NCBI GenBank assembly: GCA_963744995.1
Contig: CAVUWA010000010.1
Location: 1-64,000, forward strand
Origin: Candidatus Eiseniibacteriota bacterium
GTDB taxonomy: Bacteria > Eisenbacteria > RBG-16-71-46
Direction: 5' to 3'
Length of the DNA stretch: 64,000 nt
In this document: positions 61,322 through 64,000 of the stretch, in pieces
Layout of the letters: the number at the start of each line of letters is the position of its first letter
How positions within the stretch are numbered: the stretch's first letter is position 1
Program-made: the position numbers and the translations under genes
The notes under the pieces: model-generated
What the model saw: only the letters and a program-made list of their open reading frames with translations
What the model was told of the DNA's origin: nothing
The model's database searches: none

Positions 61322-61668
61322 GGCTGCACGAGTTCCGCGACGATCGCACGGATGAGCTGCTGCGTCTCCTGGTTCTCGACACTTCGACTCGGATTGCCCT
61401 GCGAGGGGCGGACGTTGATCATCGAGTCGAACTCGATCCAGTCATCCGAGGTGTCCGCCGGATAGAGATTGATGCCCCAAAGGTCTGCCTGCTGCGAGCC
61501 GTCTTCGAGGAGCCACTGCTCCTCGTCCGCGTGAAGCTCGCCGCCGACGACCATGACGCGACGGCTACAGTCCACAACGGCCTTGATCATGTCACCGAAC
61601 CCTGACTCAGCGAGTTCGATGAGTCTTGCCCGCGCGATGGGGCGCAGCACCGGTTCCAGAGGAGACAT
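61318..61668 (-). CDS. DUF5674 family protein
   Basis: IKAVVD...GGELHADEE..LL..GS.Q.DLWG.NLYP...IEFDSMINVRP motif. Confidence 0.8.
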   Translation of the reverse strand: MSPLEPVLRPIARARLIELAESGFGDMIKAVVDCSRRVMVVGGELHADEEQWLLEDGSQQADLWGINLYPADTSDDWIEFDSMINVRPSQGNPSRSVENQETQQLIRAIVAELVQP

Positions 61669-61789
61669 GGGCGGCGAGCTTACCGCAGTGTCTGGTGTGC
61701 CCGAAACGGGCCATCACCGGCACATCCACGGGCAGCACCTGGAGCGTTGACCTCCCCCTCAGATTCCCTCAGAACACGGCAAGCTCCTT

Positions 61790-62065
61790 TCGACACGATT
61801 CTGGGTGGCAGGTGCTTTTTGCCTCGGCCTGCGAGTTGGCCTGGCCTCTGGCGGCGGGGAAGGCACTCCGCCACTGTCGTCGAGGCGCTCTGCGACCTCG
61901 TGTACCGACGCGCGGATGGTCTTCCCCGTTTGCCGGGACGCCGCCATGGCCGCGCGGTGCTCGATCACGTAGGCGCGCTGGGACTGCAACACTGCCCAGC
62001 GGCGCAGGAGCTTGGCGGCCAGCGCGCAGGTCGCCTGCTTGTGGTGCTTGCCTCCATTCTCCCTT
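61790..62065 (-). mobile_element. Possible IS110-family transposase C-terminal remnant
   Basis: GKHHKQATCALAAKLLRR.WAVL resembles IS110 C-termini; no N-terminal part seen. Confidence 0.4.
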
Positions 62066-62477
62066 AGGCCGCCACGAGCGCTTTTCCGCAAGTGCACGTT
62101 TATGGCCGGCAGCGGCGGGACTTCAGGCTGGCCCGGACAACGGCCCAGGCGCAGACTTGGCCGCGGGGGTCTGAGAGTTCCTATGGACGAGCGATCAACC
62201 GGTCCACGGCGGCATGCGCAAGAGGCGGCAGCGAGGGCGCGCCGGACGCGCCCACGGGCTCCGGAAAGCCAATCGGGACCTTCATCGTTTATCGTCGAAT
62301 TACGATAGATGGGCGGTCCGCACGCTGGCAGGCGCGAGGTGGGTTCGGAGCCCGGCCCTTCAGGGACCTCGCGGCACGATCCTGCGGGCTGCGATCTCAT
62401 CGCACGCCGGGTCGCCACTGCCTCGCGCGCCCGCGCCGGCAAGCGCAGACATCTTTGGCGACTCATGGAGAATTCCC

Positions 62478-63560
62478 ATGACGAGCAGCACGGTCAACAT
62501 TCACCGTGTGACGGTTGCTGTCGTGACGATCGCCCTCTTCGTCGTCATGAGTCTCGGCTGCTCGAAAACCACCGCCCCTCGACCCCCAGTGGTCGACAAT
62601 CAGCTCAAATACGTCAGCCCGGAGGACGTCGGCTACTCTTCGGCACGGCTGGACGACGCCAAGCAGCTGGCAGAGCAGAGTGGTTTTGCCGCCATTATGG
62701 CGCTCTACGACGGGAAGGTGTTCTTTTCGTGGGGCAACACGACCTACAACTACAAGTGTCACTCCATACGAAAGCCGTTCTTGAGCGCGTTGTACGGGAT
62801 CTACGTTTCGCGCGGCGACATCGATCTCGACGCAAGCCTTGAAGACCTCGGCATCGATGACATCCCTCCATCTCTTACCACCGCCGAAAAGCAGGCGACC
62901 GTGAGGGACCTGTTGAAGTCTCGCTCCGGCGTGTACCACCCGGCGGCGGCGGAAACACAGGAAATGAAGGACACCCGGCCGGCGAGAGGAAGTCATCCAC
63001 CTGACACGTTCTTCTACTACAACAACTGGGACTTCAACGCGCTGGGAACGATCTTCGAACAACAGACCGGAACCAGGATATTTGAAGAGTTCAAGAGGCA
63101 AATTGCCGACCCGATTGGGATGGAAGACTTCAAGGTGGCAGACTGTTACTAGCAGTACGAAGACTCTCTATCCATGCACCCCGCATACTCCTTCCGAATG
63201 AGTGCCAGGGACATGGCGCGGTTTGGCGTTCTGTACCAACAGAACGGGAACTGGCGAGGCAGGCCGATCGTGCCCTCCGACTGGATCAAGGCAAGCACGA
63301 TGTCGTACTCCATCGTCGACAGCACCGCGGGGGTCGGATACGGCTATATGTGGGAGACGATTCCCGACGGATCCGCCTTCGCCCAACTGATCGGTGCAGC
63401 TGGCTACTACCATACTGGACTCGGCGTTCACATCGTCATCGTGCTTCCGGAGCTCAAGCTCGTTCTCGTCGAGCGATACGACACCGACGGCCCCTGGGTG
63501 GACCCGGGCGACGTCGGCATGCAGATCGGGTTGATGATCATCCAGGCAAAGCTGCCCTGA
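62478..63560 (+). pseudogene. Beta-lactamase class C-like serine hydrolase lipoprotein interrupted by an in-frame TAG at 63150-63152
   Basis: Lipobox SLGC; SIRK (SxxK), YNN, and C-terminal HTG. ORFs 62214..63152 and 63174..63560 are in the same frame. Confidence 0.85.
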
Positions 63561-63597
63561 TCCTACGTCGGGCCGTAAGCTCTCCCGCTCCGTAGAC

Positions 63598-64000
63598 GTT
63601 CGGCGGCCTCGACCCCGAGCTGCTGCGCCGCTACGTCGCGCCGCTGGTGGAAGAGCTGCTGAAGGCGGGCGATCGTCGTGTACCTGATCCGCCAGGAGAA
63701 GGTCGGCTTCATGGTGGACGCCGGCATCCACGGCTTCGCTCTCGGCACCGGCTTCGCGCTGATCGAGAACTTCTACTACGCGCTCTCGCTCGGCAGCGCC
63801 GACCCGCTGGTATGGCTCGTGCGCGGCCTCGGCACGGCGGTCATGCACGGCTCGGTCACCGCGATCGTCGGCATCGTGTCGAAGGATCCCACCGACCGCC
63901 ACGAGTCGGTGACCTGCGCTGGTTCCTGCCGGGGTTCGCGATCGCGTACCTCGTGCACGCGGCCTACAACCACCTGCTGCTGAACCCGCTCTATTCGAGC
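63598..64000 (+). pseudogene. prsW: Diverged, 5'-truncated, frameshifted duplicate of prsW (matches about 59057-59458)
   Basis: Near-identical to the prsW interior, with substitutions, an extra G near 63668 and a deletion near 63911. Confidence 0.9.

Noticed and set aside
63150..63152. Pyrrolysine or genome-wide TAG recoding
   Set aside because: TAG ends several normal genes here (had, SDR, bcrC, prsW), and no pyl genes are present in the window.

Overview
High-GC bacterial window. A PorV-like gene, a FlgD-type C-terminal domain and a 'SWGxIKAxYR' C-terminus suggest an FCB-associated lineage such as Ca. Eisenbacteria; this is inference. No rRNA, tRNA or CRISPR array was seen. Layout: (1) 0.1-2.7 kb: a tyrosine recombinase whose 3' end, starting at the catalytic Tyr codon, is repeated in direct orientation; each full copy is coupled by an ATGA overlap to a small membrane-protein gene, giving a cassette-like array. 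(2) 2.7-38 kb: mixed housekeeping and accessory genes (aquaporin, S9 peptidase/TetR, ClC, NDH-2, YtrA-type GntR-ABC, porin/binding-protein/PP2C triad, sulfatase, 8-CxxCH cytochrome). (3) 38-50 kb: an anaerobic benzoyl-CoA degradation operon (TetR, had, oah, SDR, thiolase+DUF35, dch, bcrCB, two activator subunits) followed by a small CxxC protein and a MenA-like prenyltransferase. (4) 52-60 kb: RsbW-like/STAS/ECF sigma/anti-sigma genes, a membrane-anchored protein with 39 tandem 9-aa repeats (KLAADP[GNA][FY][SMA]), an HExxH outer-membrane protein and a PrsW-type protease. This is the strongest candidate for an undescribed system. (5) 60-64 kb: a lower-GC island of gene remnants followed by a diverged, 5'-truncated second prsW copy. 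Several single-base frameshifts suggest assembly errors, so broken genes should be read cautiously.
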